A stretch of DNA of 64,000 nucleotides. Origin: Octopus vulgaris (Eukaryota). Position 1 is the stretch's first letter. Each line of letters opens with the position of its first letter. The stretch is taken from the NCBI GenBank assembly GCA_951406725.2, contig OX597818.1, positions 28,148,001 to 28,212,000 of the forward strand. Reading direction: 5' to 3'. Positions 1-12,507 of this stretch are shown piece by piece. Made by a program: the position numbers and the translations under genes. A model generated the notes under the pieces. The model made no database searches. It saw only the letters and a program-made list of their open reading frames with translations, and was not told the DNA's origin.

Positions 1-412
1 ATAAAAGTCTGAAGCCAATGATGTCATGTCGTATATATTAATTTTATAGAACATTAGAAGAAAGATCTTATTAAAAATAAGTAATATAGTTTCAATTTTG
101 TTTCTATAATTTTTTAAGGAAGCATTGCTTCCCTTGCTTCCACAGACTCCATACCAATGACATATATATATATATATATATTTCTACTTCAGGGTGGTCA
201 TTTTTTCTTGCCAAATAAACACACACACTATATATTTGTTCTTCACTCCTTTCCTATTGTTCTTATTTATCCTTATGTCCATTGTTTGAAATATTTCATT
301 CCACATCTGTGACCTCTCCAGTGACTTTTCCATCCATGTGTATCCTCCTTTTCTGTTTAGTCCATTTTGTGTCTTTCTATGATGTGTATCCTTATCTGTG
401 CATGCTTTTGCA

Positions 413-447
<35 letters not shown>

Positions 448-1698
448 GCATGTGTGTACATGTATCTATGTGTTTTGTATGTGTATATGGATTTGCTTAC
501 TATATAGTTTGTATCCATGCCCTTTATATAATTGTTGTTGCTATTATTGTCCTTGTTCTTAATGGTACCAATATTTAGTATGTTGACCCTCCCCTCACCT
601 ACAGTTTCACTTATGTTGCTGCTGTTCTTGACTCTTATTTTGAAATTGTTCTTGTATTTCTCTGTGTGTGTGTTCATTCATGTTGTTATTGTTTGTTGTT
701 GTAGCAGCTTGTGAAGTTACTGTGTGTTTGTGTGTATGGATTTGGGCTTGTTTATTATATTGTTTGTATCTGTGCCCTTTATATAGTTTTTTGTTTACAT
801 ATTTATCCTTATTTCTTATATTTCATCATGTGTGCATGTTTGTCTTTCGTGTGTGCATTATCCTTTTGTATCTGTATCTGTTTTTCCCCATCTGTCTATA
901 GTTGTCATGTTGTGTAGTGTGATGGCAGGGGGAGGTGTTATTGTTCCATTCATGTTTTCTGTTGAGGCTCGGTTCAACAGGTCAGGGGTTTTATGGGGGT
1001 TCTTAGCTTTTCTAATACTTTAATCTGTAGATTTACCTTATCTAATGCTTTTCTAAAAAGTTATGCTACTTTGGCACCAGCATCAGCAAACATGACACTG
1101 ATATTTTTTATAGTCATAATCCTGTGCTGCTCCAGGATTTACTCCTCTATAGCAGACAGATCCCATTATCACTATAATAACCTTGTTCTTAGCCCTGGCT
1201 CCTTTGTACATTCTTATCCTCTCCCTTTGGTTGTAGTCAGAGAATTGCATGTGGTGGATGAAGTAATGTCAGTGTCTTTCCAATTCCTTTGAGTCACACA
1301 TGCAGGACACATTCCTCATCACTCTTACCAAGTTCGTTATTAAGATATTGAACATGATGTCTGTAATAGCTGTCTTCTTGTGGACCAGTTATTTAGAAGC
1401 AATGAATTTGGCATAATGGAAAAGAAGGATCTGGACATTACTATTCTTAGTTTCTAGGTTCAGCTTCACTACATGGTACTTTGGGTAAGTGCCTTTTATT
1501 ATAACCCAAGGCTCACCAAATTCTTATGAGGGGATTTCATAGATGGAAATAGAAACTTGTCAATTATGTATGTATATATCTATGTGTGCATCTCATTGTG
1601 TTTGTGTTTGTCCTTTACAACCGCTTGACAACTGGTATTGGTTTGTTTACATCCCCATAACTTAACAGTTCAGAAGAAAGAAACTGATAGTACAAGTA

Positions 1699-3240
1699 CA
1701 TCATCATCATCACTTAACATCTACTTTCCATGCCAACATGGTTTGGATGGTTTGACTGAGAACTGGCAAGCTGAGAGGCTGCACCAGGCTCCAATCTGAT
1801 TTGGCAAGGTTTCTACAGCTGGATGCCCTTCCTAACGCCAACCACTTTGAGTGTGTAGCGGGTACTTTTATGTGTCATTGGTACAGGAGCCAGTCAGGCA
1901 GTACTGACATCAGCCATGCTCGAGTGATGCTTATTTTAGTGCCACCGGCATGGTTGCCATAAGGTGGCACTGTCATTGGTCATGTTCAAATGGTGCTTTT
2001 TACGTGCCACTGGCATGGGTGCTAGTCAGGCGACACTGGCATCAGCCATACTTAGATGGTGATTTTTACATGCCACCAACACAGGTGCCAGTCAAATGGC
2101 ACTGGCATTGGCCACAACTACAATTTCACTTGGTTCAACAGGTCTTCACAAACATGGTATATTGCCCAACAATTGGAGAGTGCTTTTTTAAACAGGCCAG
2201 TTATGCTACACTGGCATTAGCCATGACTACAATCTCACTTACCTTACTGGTCTTCTCAAGCACGGCATATCTCCAAAGATCTGTCATTTGCCATTGTTTC
2301 TGTGAGACCCAACATCGTGAAGGTTGTGCTTCACCACCTCGTCCCATGTCCTCCTGGATCTACTTCTTCCACTCTTAGGGAGTGACATTTCTTCACACAG
2401 CTGTCCTCATCCATACACATCACCAGTGCAGCTGTCTCTCTTGCACACCATATCTGATGCTTCTTAAGTTCAATTTTTCTCTTAGGGTGCTTACACTCTT
2501 TTGTGTCTGCACACTGACATTACACACCCAATGGAGCATACTAGCTTCATTTCTTTCAAGCCTACTCATATCCCCAACAGTCACAGACCATGTCTCACTG
2601 CCATGTAGCATGGCTGTTCACACACAGGCATCATACAGTCTACCTTTTACTCTGAGCAAGAGGCCTTTGTTATCAGTAGGGGTAGCTCTCTGAACTTTGC
2701 CCAGGCTATTCTTATTCTAGGAACTACACTCTCGGAGCATCCACCCCTGCAACTGACTTGGCAAGCTATCAATTACTTCTAGATTTTCCCCCTGGTATGT
2801 GATGGAATCTGTTTTCTGTACATCTTTGGCGTTTATAGCACCTGTGCATCTGCCACACACAAAAACTATCTTCCCAGTTAACTTTCTTTTGATATTGTTG
2901 CACCTCTTGTGTGTCCATAGCTTACATTGGGTACATTTTATGGAGTTTCTACCTACACCTTTTCTACACATCGAGCAGGGCCATCTACCTGAAGGGATTT
3001 GTGATTTTTCTGCCTTCCTATTTACTAAGACTTGGTTTTTGCTACGTTAACTCTAAGGCCCTTCAATTCTAGACCTTACTTCTCTAGTTCTGGTAGTGAC
3101 TCAGCTATCAGAGCAAGGTCATCAGTATAAAGGAGCTCCCAGGGGCAGCCTGTCTTAAATTCCTTTGTTATTGTTTTTAGGACTATGATGAAGGAGAGGG
3201 TTCTGAGGACTGATTCTTGGAGAACCCCTACTTCTACCTC
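1699..3240 (-). mobile_element. 5'-truncated RTE LINE
   Basis: Minus-strand RT fragments (MLHGSETW, CRKGVGRNSIKCTQCKLWTHKRC), 3'UTR and (CAT)n tail on +. Confidence 0.9.
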
Positions 3241-3366
3241 AGAAGGTTTAAAAATAAGTACTGGATTCGGTTTGTTTGACAGAACACTTCAAGGTGGTGC
3301 ATCTGCATGGCCACGGTCTAATTAGTGAAACAAGCAAAAGAATATATTCAATTAATATATATATAA

Positions 3367-3882
3367 CTAGCAGTATCGCCCAGCGTTGCTCGGGTTTGTA
3401 AGGGAAATAACTATATAAGCATTTTTAGAGAGTTACTTCCTTTATAGATGCCAATTCGGGCTTTCTTAGCCATTTCTGTTTTGGTGTCTTCAAGCCATGA
3501 AGTCGTTGTTCTAAAAGAACGCTGGTCTCCTTGACAACGCATTACGACGTTGATTTCCTTAAACTCCCTTCCCCACAGCTTCACGAGGGAGGGAAGAAGG
3601 GGAGAAGCAAACACAGGTGCAGGTGTTTGAGCGTGGACGCCAACTCCGCCGCCATCGACACACGAAAAATTATGCATTAAAATGGAATAAAAAATTATGT
3701 TAAATTATTTTTAAAATCGTAGACTCATCGTAGACGTGCGCTAATAGCCAGACGGGCTTGATATTAATCACGACTATAAGATACCCGAATTTGGTTAAAC
3801 TGCACCGCAAAATGTGGGAGGAGTTAGGAATCTAAATCGTAGGAGACAGACACTCACACAACTACAGTTTTATATATATAGA
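3367..3882 (-). mobile_element. Non-autonomous Helitron
   Basis: Minus strand begins A|TCTATATATAT and ends with hairpin CCCGAGCAACGCTGGG then CTAG|T. Confidence 0.8.
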
Positions 3883-3924
3883 TATATAATACATATACTA
3901 TACAAACACTCATATATTTTTTTT

Positions 3925-4345
3925 CTTTTTATTTGTGTTAAACATTGGACTACAGCCATACTGAGGCACCAACTTGAAGGGTTTTAGTTGAATAAATCAA
4001 TCAACACCAGTGATTATTTTTAAGTTTAGTACTTATTCTATTTGTCTCCTTTGTAGAACCACTAAGTTACAGGGATATAAACAAACCAAAACTGGTTGCC
4101 AAGTGGTGGTGGGAACAAACACAACACAAACTCAAATGCACACAGACACAATGACATGTACATATGTATGTATGTACATACATATATATAGAGAGAGAGA
4201 TAGAGACTTCTTCACAGTTTCTATCAACCAAGTTCAATTACAAGGTATTGCTTGGCCTTGGGCTATCGTTGAAGACACTTGACCAAGGTGCTACCCAGTG
4301 GGACTGTACCTCAAACCACATGGTTGCAAAGCAAGCTTCTTAATC
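3925..4345 (-). mobile_element. Degenerate tRNA-derived SINE
   Basis: Homologous to SINE copies at 21515 and 62765. Confidence 0.75.
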
Positions 4346-4720
4346 ACCTCTACACATATAAAATGCTATAATTCTGCTTTCCATGCTGACATGAGTTGGA
4401 TGGATCAATAGGATTCAATGGATTAGAGGACCAGATCTTACTTCAGGTTTGAATGCAAAGGAGAAAATGCCTTTGATCATGTCTGACTTGGGTGTAAACA
4501 ACAACTATAGGTCTGATCATGTATCCATAGTTAATGCTGAGTATGAAAAGTCATAGAGAAAAATGATCTTTTTCTTGATTTATCACACTTGCATCATCAT
4601 TATCATTAAAGCGGCACTAGTTTTTATAGCGGGGTATTTTTTGGTTGGTTTAGTGTAACACTACTTTTATGTTTCCTATTTGGAAATAGATAAATATATT
4701 TTACTTTTGAAGTAGGGATA

Positions 4721-5787
4721 TGTAGTGGTATCTGATATCCTCACTGTTTGAGAGATACAGCAGGAATGATCTCGTTTGAGATTACAGCCATCTTTGGCTG
4801 GGTTGTTCCTGTTGTGTCCACTGATCTGATTGGTTGACATGTGGCGAGATTTGTCTCTACTTATTTCGTGCCACTGTCCAAAGCCAACCAATCAATGCCT
4901 TTGGTTAAGGTCTCATGACACCCTTTTTCCTAGGATCTGTTGAGCCACCTTTCTTGTATATAAGGGATTGTTCTCAGTATACTTCGTCTTTCGACTTCAG
5001 ACCTTTTGCCGAAACCTAGGCCTCTTGCCAGAAACACTACCTCCTCTTCTGTCCTTCTCAGAGTTTCCTCTATCATTTCCATGCCGACCAACTAAATTTT
5101 CCTTTTTTCATTAGCAAATACTCTATATGTAATGGTCTTCTTCTCATACCATTCTCTTCTTTTTATTGGCGGCGACAATTCAACTTCACCGCCGATCTTC
5201 GTAACGAATTCTTGATAGCCTGGCAACTTAGCCAGGTCTATCTCTTTCTCCGCTTACCTTGTCGCTCGCGCATATTTAATTCCATCTCCGAGTTCTCTGT
5301 CTATTTTTCTCACTGCCCTTTCTAGTTCCTCCTCAGAGGTCGACAGGTCTGACTCACTGAGGCTTGCAAACACATTCCTCCTTGCCATTTTCTCCCTTAG
5401 GGAGGGGCAAACCGTTTCTTCCTTGTCTGTCTTAATACAGACAAAATCAACAATAACCTTTAACAAAAATTAATCAACAAACAATATCAGCCAAAGCAGG
5501 TTCAAAAAACACGTCCGAGCCAAATTGACATCCAACAAAAACTAAAGTTTTCCTCAAAATCCAGGGTTTTTATATAACTGCTCAACTTGACTTTAAAGAA
5601 TTGAATTCACATAAAAATATTCTTTAACTCATTTTCAGAATTCCTATATGAGCAGTTATTTCAACCAATGGGAAAAAGACAATCATATTTCTTTGGCAAT
5701 ACGACATTACGTCATATTGCCAGCTACCACATATTGGCGGCACTATTTAGTGCCGCCAATATGAAATGAAAATGGCCTCATGCTACA
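4721..5787 (-). mobile_element. Putative 3' LTR of a Gypsy element
   Basis: TGTAG...CTACA inverted termini; purine-rich GGCGAAAGGCTGA just upstream on minus; lies downstream of the integrase remnant. Confidence 0.55.
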
Positions 5788-5987
5788 TCAGCCTTTCGCC
5801 AGTAAAATTGTCAAACTTTTGCGAAAATGAAATTCGTAATACGCATATATTTCAATACAACGTTTGAATTAATAGTTGTAACACTTCAATATATACAATG
5901 CATTTACAAATTACATGTTAAACATATGAAAATAACCTTTCAACACGGCTTTACAATTATAAATGTTTATGTACAGTTCATTTCAGT

Positions 5988-6412
5988 TCACTGGAAGAAA
6001 AATTTAAAAAAAAATATATAATCCAGGAATATAAAAAAAATTTGAAAATCCTCAAACAAACTGAGAAAGGTTTTTGGAAAATGTACAATTCTACCACTTC
6101 TAGTCTTTTTTACTTGGGTAGGTGATTTCAAAATTGACTTTTGAGTGTTTCCATTAACTTTAGATTTGCTGTTTTGAATATCACTCTGTTTCAAATTATG
6201 TTGATATGTATTGCTTGCATCTTCATTTCCATGACATGAATACTTGTCGAAATAAGCTTTTTTTACTCTGTCTAAACTGACAATCTCTTTTTTACCATGC
6301 ATATCCAAAGTCATAGTTTTATATCTAATTGACAAAACTTTAAAAGGTCCAGTGTATTTATATTTCAGTGAATTATGAGTAGCATCATTACGTACAAATA
6401 CATTAGTCCAAG
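5988..6412 (-). mobile_element. Gypsy integrase C-terminal remnant (GPF/Y region)
   Basis: VFVRNDATHNSLKYKYTGPFKVLSIRYK...VSLDRVKKAY...TRSGRIVHFP. Confidence 0.8.
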
Positions 6413-6416
6413 AATT

Positions 6417-8177
6417 GGATCTTTTCCTTTTGATGGACGGAATTCAACACAATTTCTAGTTAACTAAACAATTTGAAACTTCGTATACTGGTAGAATGTG
6501 TCAAAAGAAAACATTATTTTCCCTTGACTTTTTGAGAAAATCGTAATTTGTAAGTTTAACGTAGTTTAATTCTTCGAATTTTAACCAATGAATTGCCAGC
6601 ATTTGAGCTCAAATTATTTGCTGCGTTATCGATATTGATAAACAAACGAGGAGACGCACGCCGCATACACACACACACACACATATATTCAGATACATAC
6701 ACACGTACACTTGCACACACACACTCTCTGTCACTCTCTCTCAAACACATGCATATACATTTGCACAAGCATATAGTAATTAATATATAAGCGTACACAC
6801 ACATACGCACACAAGCATACATACACGTTCGTGAGTTCGCACTGGTGTCGATATAATCGACTTAATACTTTTGTATCTCATGCTTTGTCCCCTCTGTGTT
6901 TTGCCCCTTGCCGGAACAAATTTACACAAAAGGTAAATAAACCAGAAATGGGGGAGGTCAATGTTTCATCGTTTCGGGGTCGATAAATTAAGTACCAATT
7001 ACGCACTGGTGTCGAGGATTTTTTTCCCAATTTATATCACAGCCTCCGACAAGCTGGGGCATCCTTTTATGAAAAATATTTCGCAAATTTTTACAATACG
7101 ACCCACACTCCACGTGCAACCTCATATCCCACTCTAGACCGATTTGGGCATATTATTATTTTGTTTTTGTTGTTTTTGGCCCTTCAAAACCATGGGAGAA
7201 GCCTTTTCAGTAAAAAAAATAAAGAAAATATTCAAAAAATATCGTTAATATTTTTATTGGGCGACGAAATTCATCGATTTAAGAGATATGGCTGTTATTT
7301 CTAGCACATGCCAACACAACGCTCCTCGTTTGTTTATCAATATCGATGAGCAAGACAGACAGAAGAGAGAAGGATGAATAACACGTGTGTGTGTATGTGT
7401 GTGCACGCGCGCTGTTTACGCAGCAAATGATTTTAGCTCAAATGCTGGCAATTCATTGGTTAAAATTCGAAGAATTAAACTACGTTAAACTTACAAATTA
7501 CAAATTTATCAAAAAAGCCAAGTGAAAATAATGTTTTCTTTTGACACATTCTATCAGTATACGAAGTTTCAAATTGTTTAGTTAACTAGAAATTGTGTTG
7601 AATTCCGTCCATCAAAAGGAAAAGATCCCGAAATTCATCGATTTAAGATATATGGCTGTTATTTTTAGCACATGCCAACACAACCCTCCTCGTTTGTTTA
7701 TCAATATCGATAACGCAGCAAAGGATTTCAGCTCAAAGGAGAGCATAGGATTGATTAAAATTCGAAAAATTAAACTACATTAAACAAACGAATTACAAAT
7801 TTTTCAAAAAAGACAACTGAAAATAATGTTTTCTTTTGACACATTCTACCAGTATACGAAGTTTTAAAGTGTTTTAGTTAATTAGAAATTGTGTTGAAAT
7901 CTGGCTATCAAAAGGAAAAGATCCGAATTTCGTCGCCCAATAAAAATATTAACGATATTTTTTGAATATTTTCTGGGGTTTTTTTTTACCAAAAAGGCTT
8001 CTCCCATGGTTTTGAAGGGCCAAAAACAACAAAAACAATACAATAATTTGCCTAAATCGGTCTAGAGTGGGATATGAGGGTGCGTGGAGTGTGGGTCGTA
8101 TTGTAAAAATTTGCGAAATATTTTTTCATAAAAGGATACCCCAGCTTGTCAGAGGCTGTGATATAAATTGGGAAAGA
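6417..8177. mobile_element. Nested foldback/MITE complex with long inverted repeats
   Basis: 6417-6650 inverted versus 7418-7628 and 7690-7925 (GGATCTTTTCC termini); 7022-7272 inverted versus 7925-8177. Confidence 0.8.
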
Positions 8178-8214
8178 TTAATCGCCGAAGATTAAATCAA
8201 CGATTCTCAAAACC

Positions 8215-10370
8215 ATCATGGGAAAGGCGGACAAAGTGAAAAGAGCAACCAATTCCTATATTGATAACATCCTGGAGACGAGTGCATAGTGTCGGCAAAA
8301 GAGGTCATAAACCACCTGAGGAGTCTTGGGCTAACTGCCAAACTGCTGGAGGTGATGGAAGGAGGAGCTGCACTGGAATTCAAGCTATGACGAGACAAGG
8401 CTGACGCGTTGGTATTTCAGAGAGGGAATGAGATCCTAGAAGTGGGCTCAAAGACAAGTAGGTGGGAACTGTTTTCTGTGTGTGGGAAGCTTCTGGGACA
8501 CTACCCGTTTCCAGGATGGCTCTGGACAGCATGCAGCTTCATCAAGAGGTGAACTGAAGGAGTAAGGTGGGGTGACAACGTGGGTGAAAAGACAACTGCC
8601 ATGATGCAGGAAGTCTTGGGGAGAGTGATTGTGGAGGACCTAGTAAGAGGAAACTGGTATGTGCCCAAATTGAAGAAAGGGATTGTATGGTATGATGCCA
8701 GCAGCATAGCAACGGGAGTTATCCTGGAAATTGGAGGTGTCGTGGTGGAGAATGCAGCCTGGTTCAAGAAGGACGACTTCAACCACATCAACATGGTGAA
8801 GCTGGATGTCATGTTGAAAGGGCTCAACCTGGCCCTGAGGTGGGGGCTGTATACCATTGAGATCTTGACCAATTTGGTTACTGTACTTGGATGGGATCAG
8901 TTGTCAGCGGCGAGCAGAGGGTGTGAACCAAAGGGGGCACAGAGATGCTGTTTGGGAATTCTGGGCAAGCTAGCTGCTGAGTTTGACCTGAGGCTGCATG
9001 TGGTTTTTGTGGCCTCTGAGAGGAATAGAACAGACATCCTGACCAGAGTAAAGAAAGCCTGGTTGCAGGTGCTGGAGGATCTAGAGCAAGGAGTGGCTGC
9101 AGTGTGTCGACTGAGTGACTCGGAGTTGAGGAGACTGCATACCATGCATCACATGGGGGTGGACAGGACCCTGTTCCTAGCCAGGAAAGTTGATTCTGAT
9201 GTGACCAGGCAGAGTTTGCAGAGAGTTGGGAGCTGCGACAGGTGCCAGTCTATTGACCCCACTCCAGGTGTGCATGAGGTAGGAAGCATTCAAGTGGAAC
9301 AATACTAGAAATGAATGGTAGGGGACATACCTCTCAATGGTCGACTGAAGACCAGGACGGTTGGCCGTATGGAGGGAGATGAAGATGGGGACCATGGACG
9401 AAATCATAAGAATACTAAGTGAGATATTCCTAGAATGAGGCCCTGTGGATGAGCTACTTGTGGACAGTGACATTGCGTTTCACTCGGAGGTACCGGAGGA
9501 AATGCTCGACAAGTGGCGTGTTAGCCATTTCTTCAGGGCAGCATACTGGCCATGTGGCAATGGGGTTTTGGAGAGGCATCATCACACCATGAAAACCATA
9601 GCAGAGAGAGCCACATTTCACCAGTTGAGGCCGTTTTTTGGTATAATATGTTGCCCAGGTCAGGACAGGCTGAGGAGTTAGTGCCATACAGAGCAATATT
9701 CAAGTACGAGTGGAGACATCCATGTACCACATCACCACAACCCATAGAAGAGAAAGAGCATGCCTTTGTGCAGGTCAGAGAAAAAGTCTAGGTTAAACCC
9801 CCAAATGTGTGGTGCACATCACAATAGAGAAAAGGGACAATAACCTCTGTAAATTCGAGGAACAATGTGTCTGTAGATGGCATGCCACGTCATGCTTTGG
9901 ATGTGCGCAGGATTATCACTGCAATGGAGGATGGAGCCAACAGTAATGAACAAGAGGACAAAGCCGGCGGCAACATGTCAGGAACTGAGGCCAGTCCTGA
10001 AGTCTCACGGTGGTCATGGAGGAAGTGGTGCCCTCCTCACTGGTTGGCTGATCACAAGACAAGTTAAGGCATGCGGGCAGGTTGGTGGAATGATGTTCAG
10101 ATCAAGGGGTGGCGTGTGGTGCTATGAGCCAGGCTGTGTTGTAAGGAAGGACTGGAAGTGAGGGAGTGCACATCCTGTTGGAAGTGGGGCCTGTGGATTC
10201 CTGCAGAAGGGCCGCGGTGGGCATGCAGGATCAGTGAGGTGCAAGAAGCCAGTTGGTGGTGGACAGCAGATGTGTTAGATGGTACGATGACAGACAGAGC
10301 ACATGGGCATTGTAACCCTTCCAGATCAACAGGTAAGACTACCACAATTCTCTCTTTGCTTCCATCTTTT
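8215..10370 (+). mobile_element. Degenerate Gypsy-like LTR retrotransposon pol (RT end, RNase H, integrase) and start of 3' LTR
   Basis: YIDNIL (degenerate YxDD), WYDASSIATG RNase H, HHCC zinc finger HTMHHMG...CDRCQ, GNGVLERHH integrase; PPT-like AAGGGGTGGCG before TGTGG near 10114. Confidence 0.85.
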
Positions 10371-11763
10371 TCCTCCTTCACATCACGTAAAACTTCACCA
10401 CTGTTCCAACATCAGTTTTCCTCTTAAAAAGAAGGCTTTCATCTACTTGGTCTATATGTTGTACCACTGCTAATAATTGCTGATGGACATGCAGCATGTC
10501 ACTGGCATTTCACATATAAAGTCCAAGATTATATGAAAAATTGTGAAGACCTTCAGTTGACTTTTTTCATAGAAGTATTAAAAAGTTATTTGGAAATTAT
10601 AAAGAAAAACGAATGGTAGATTTGCACTGTCTGTTTTTAAAAACCCAAATTTTAAAAAATGGGAGGGGGGGGTGATTTGGGGGTATTTTAAAAAAAGTTT
10701 TGCATAATCATATTAATTCCATTAAGACATAATAAAAAAAACTTTGTAAAAATTCGTAAAAATAAAAAAAAAAGTCAAGATGGGTTTTAGCACGTGCTTA
10801 TATCATAACTCCACTGTTTCAATTATGTTTTAGCACTGTCGTTCAAGCCTTTTTGAAACAATCACATGTGATTCATTCCAAAGAATCAACCATTAAATAA
10901 GAGTTTTGCTTCCACTCACGAAAGTGATGTGTATCATTCAGAAAGCTCCATACCAATTTAACTTTATGCAGCATTCACTGTTAGTTTATGCACAGGCTAT
11001 GTAGGAAGACAGAATAAAGGGGCTTTTGTTAGTTTATCTCTCAAAAAAGAAAAATAGCTCCCTTTGCTGTTGAAAAAAATAAACTCACTGAGGGGAAGTC
11101 TCAACATTTTCTTTTAATTTCATTATACCATGTTTCTGTTTCTGTTGAGAAATTTCGTTTTTGTGTAAAATAAGTTTTTTTGTAGTCATTATTTGTTATC
11201 TACTCCCAAAACACTTCCGTAGCTCTACTTAGCATCGCTTGCAAACTTATATGTTCTATAATCATTAGTGCAACAACTTCCACAATAACCAGACTTTTAT
11301 TTGATTTTTTGTTCCTAGGTTAATCGGAAACAGACTGCCATGCTACTCATAAACCTTCATGGTAGTTCAATTATTTGGTGAAAAAAATACCATCAAACAA
11401 CTTAAACCATCCAAAGGATGGGTTTGTTTGCTAGTATAAATACATATACATACACACACACACATATATATATATACATACATACACACACACTATTTAG
11501 CATGAAGAAACATAAGACCAGATAATTTAATCCATAGACATGATTGTGATTTCAGATGAATTTAAAGAACATGATACATTAAAAATATATATATGTAAGA
11601 TAATAGATTTTAAATAAAATTTAGATGTAGACATAAATATATTAAAACATGTATATATCATAAATATATTGAAGAAGGCCTGAAGTAGTGATGAAAGCAA
11701 AATAAAAGATGCAAGAAGGAAAGAAATGAAAAGTCAGGATAGTTGAAAACTGTTAAAATAGGG

Positions 11764-11851
11764 TACCAACGGCCATTTCTAGAGGTTAATTGCCTGTAAA
11801 AATAAGGGGGTATAGTACCCACTATTTAGTAGTTCCTCCTTCTTCAGGGTA
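11764..11851 (-). ncRNA. Candidate type I hammerhead ribozyme (Penelope-associated)
   Basis: Minus: tacc-CTGAAGA-aggagg...cctcta-GAAA-tggccgtt-ggta; core boxes intact, palindromic minimal stem III. Confidence 0.5.
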
Positions 11852-11949
11852 ACAGGTTTTACGTTTGCAAGTTGACAATGACAAATACTAGAGGTTAGGT
11901 TTTTTTTATAGATAAGAGGCATGGGTGGAGGAAGAAAGAGAACTAAATA

Positions 11950-12450
11950 TATTCCAATAAATTATTCATGATAAGAAAAATAGTTTGTTTTAAAATGTAT
12001 CTTCTCCAGAAGACTAAAAATCTTATCAATAGAATGAGATTGAAAGCCTTTCACTATGATATGAAAAGTAATCAATCTAATCAAGCTAAACAAAGGAATA
12101 TTTATTATATGAAATCTTACAAAAACTCTCCTCCAAAACTTGATCTAGCGAATTTTGAAAACAACGCTAATGATTAAAAACCTGAAATTCTCAAACTATA
12201 CCAATTCATTCCAGAAGGAACTTCTTAAAACTATAGAAAAAATAAAGCCTCACATGAACTGGTAATATGTGTTCACTAGAAAAATATAATGAACCACTAG
12301 AAAAATATGATGAATTAATTTTGAAAGAGTTAAAAACTAACTATAAACACGTCCATAAAAAGGTACTCAATGATATAAATAAAAAACATTTGAACTTATT
12401 AGACAGAACTGTACCATACGAACCTAAAATTCCCCACTTTACTTTGAATC
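11950..12450 (+). mobile_element. Penelope-like (Naiad-like) ORF N-terminal remnant
   Basis: YLLQKTKNLINRMRLKAFHY...PPKLDLANFEN; similar to the 16620 copy. Confidence 0.55.
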
Positions 12451-12507
12451 TATTATGTATATACTTGTTCTTTAAATTCATCTGAAATCAGAGTCATGTC
12501 TGGTCTT

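Noticed and set aside
282-1292. Hydrophobic ORFs resembling membrane proteins
   Set aside because: TG-rich low-complexity sequence with an internal direct repeat; no coding signature
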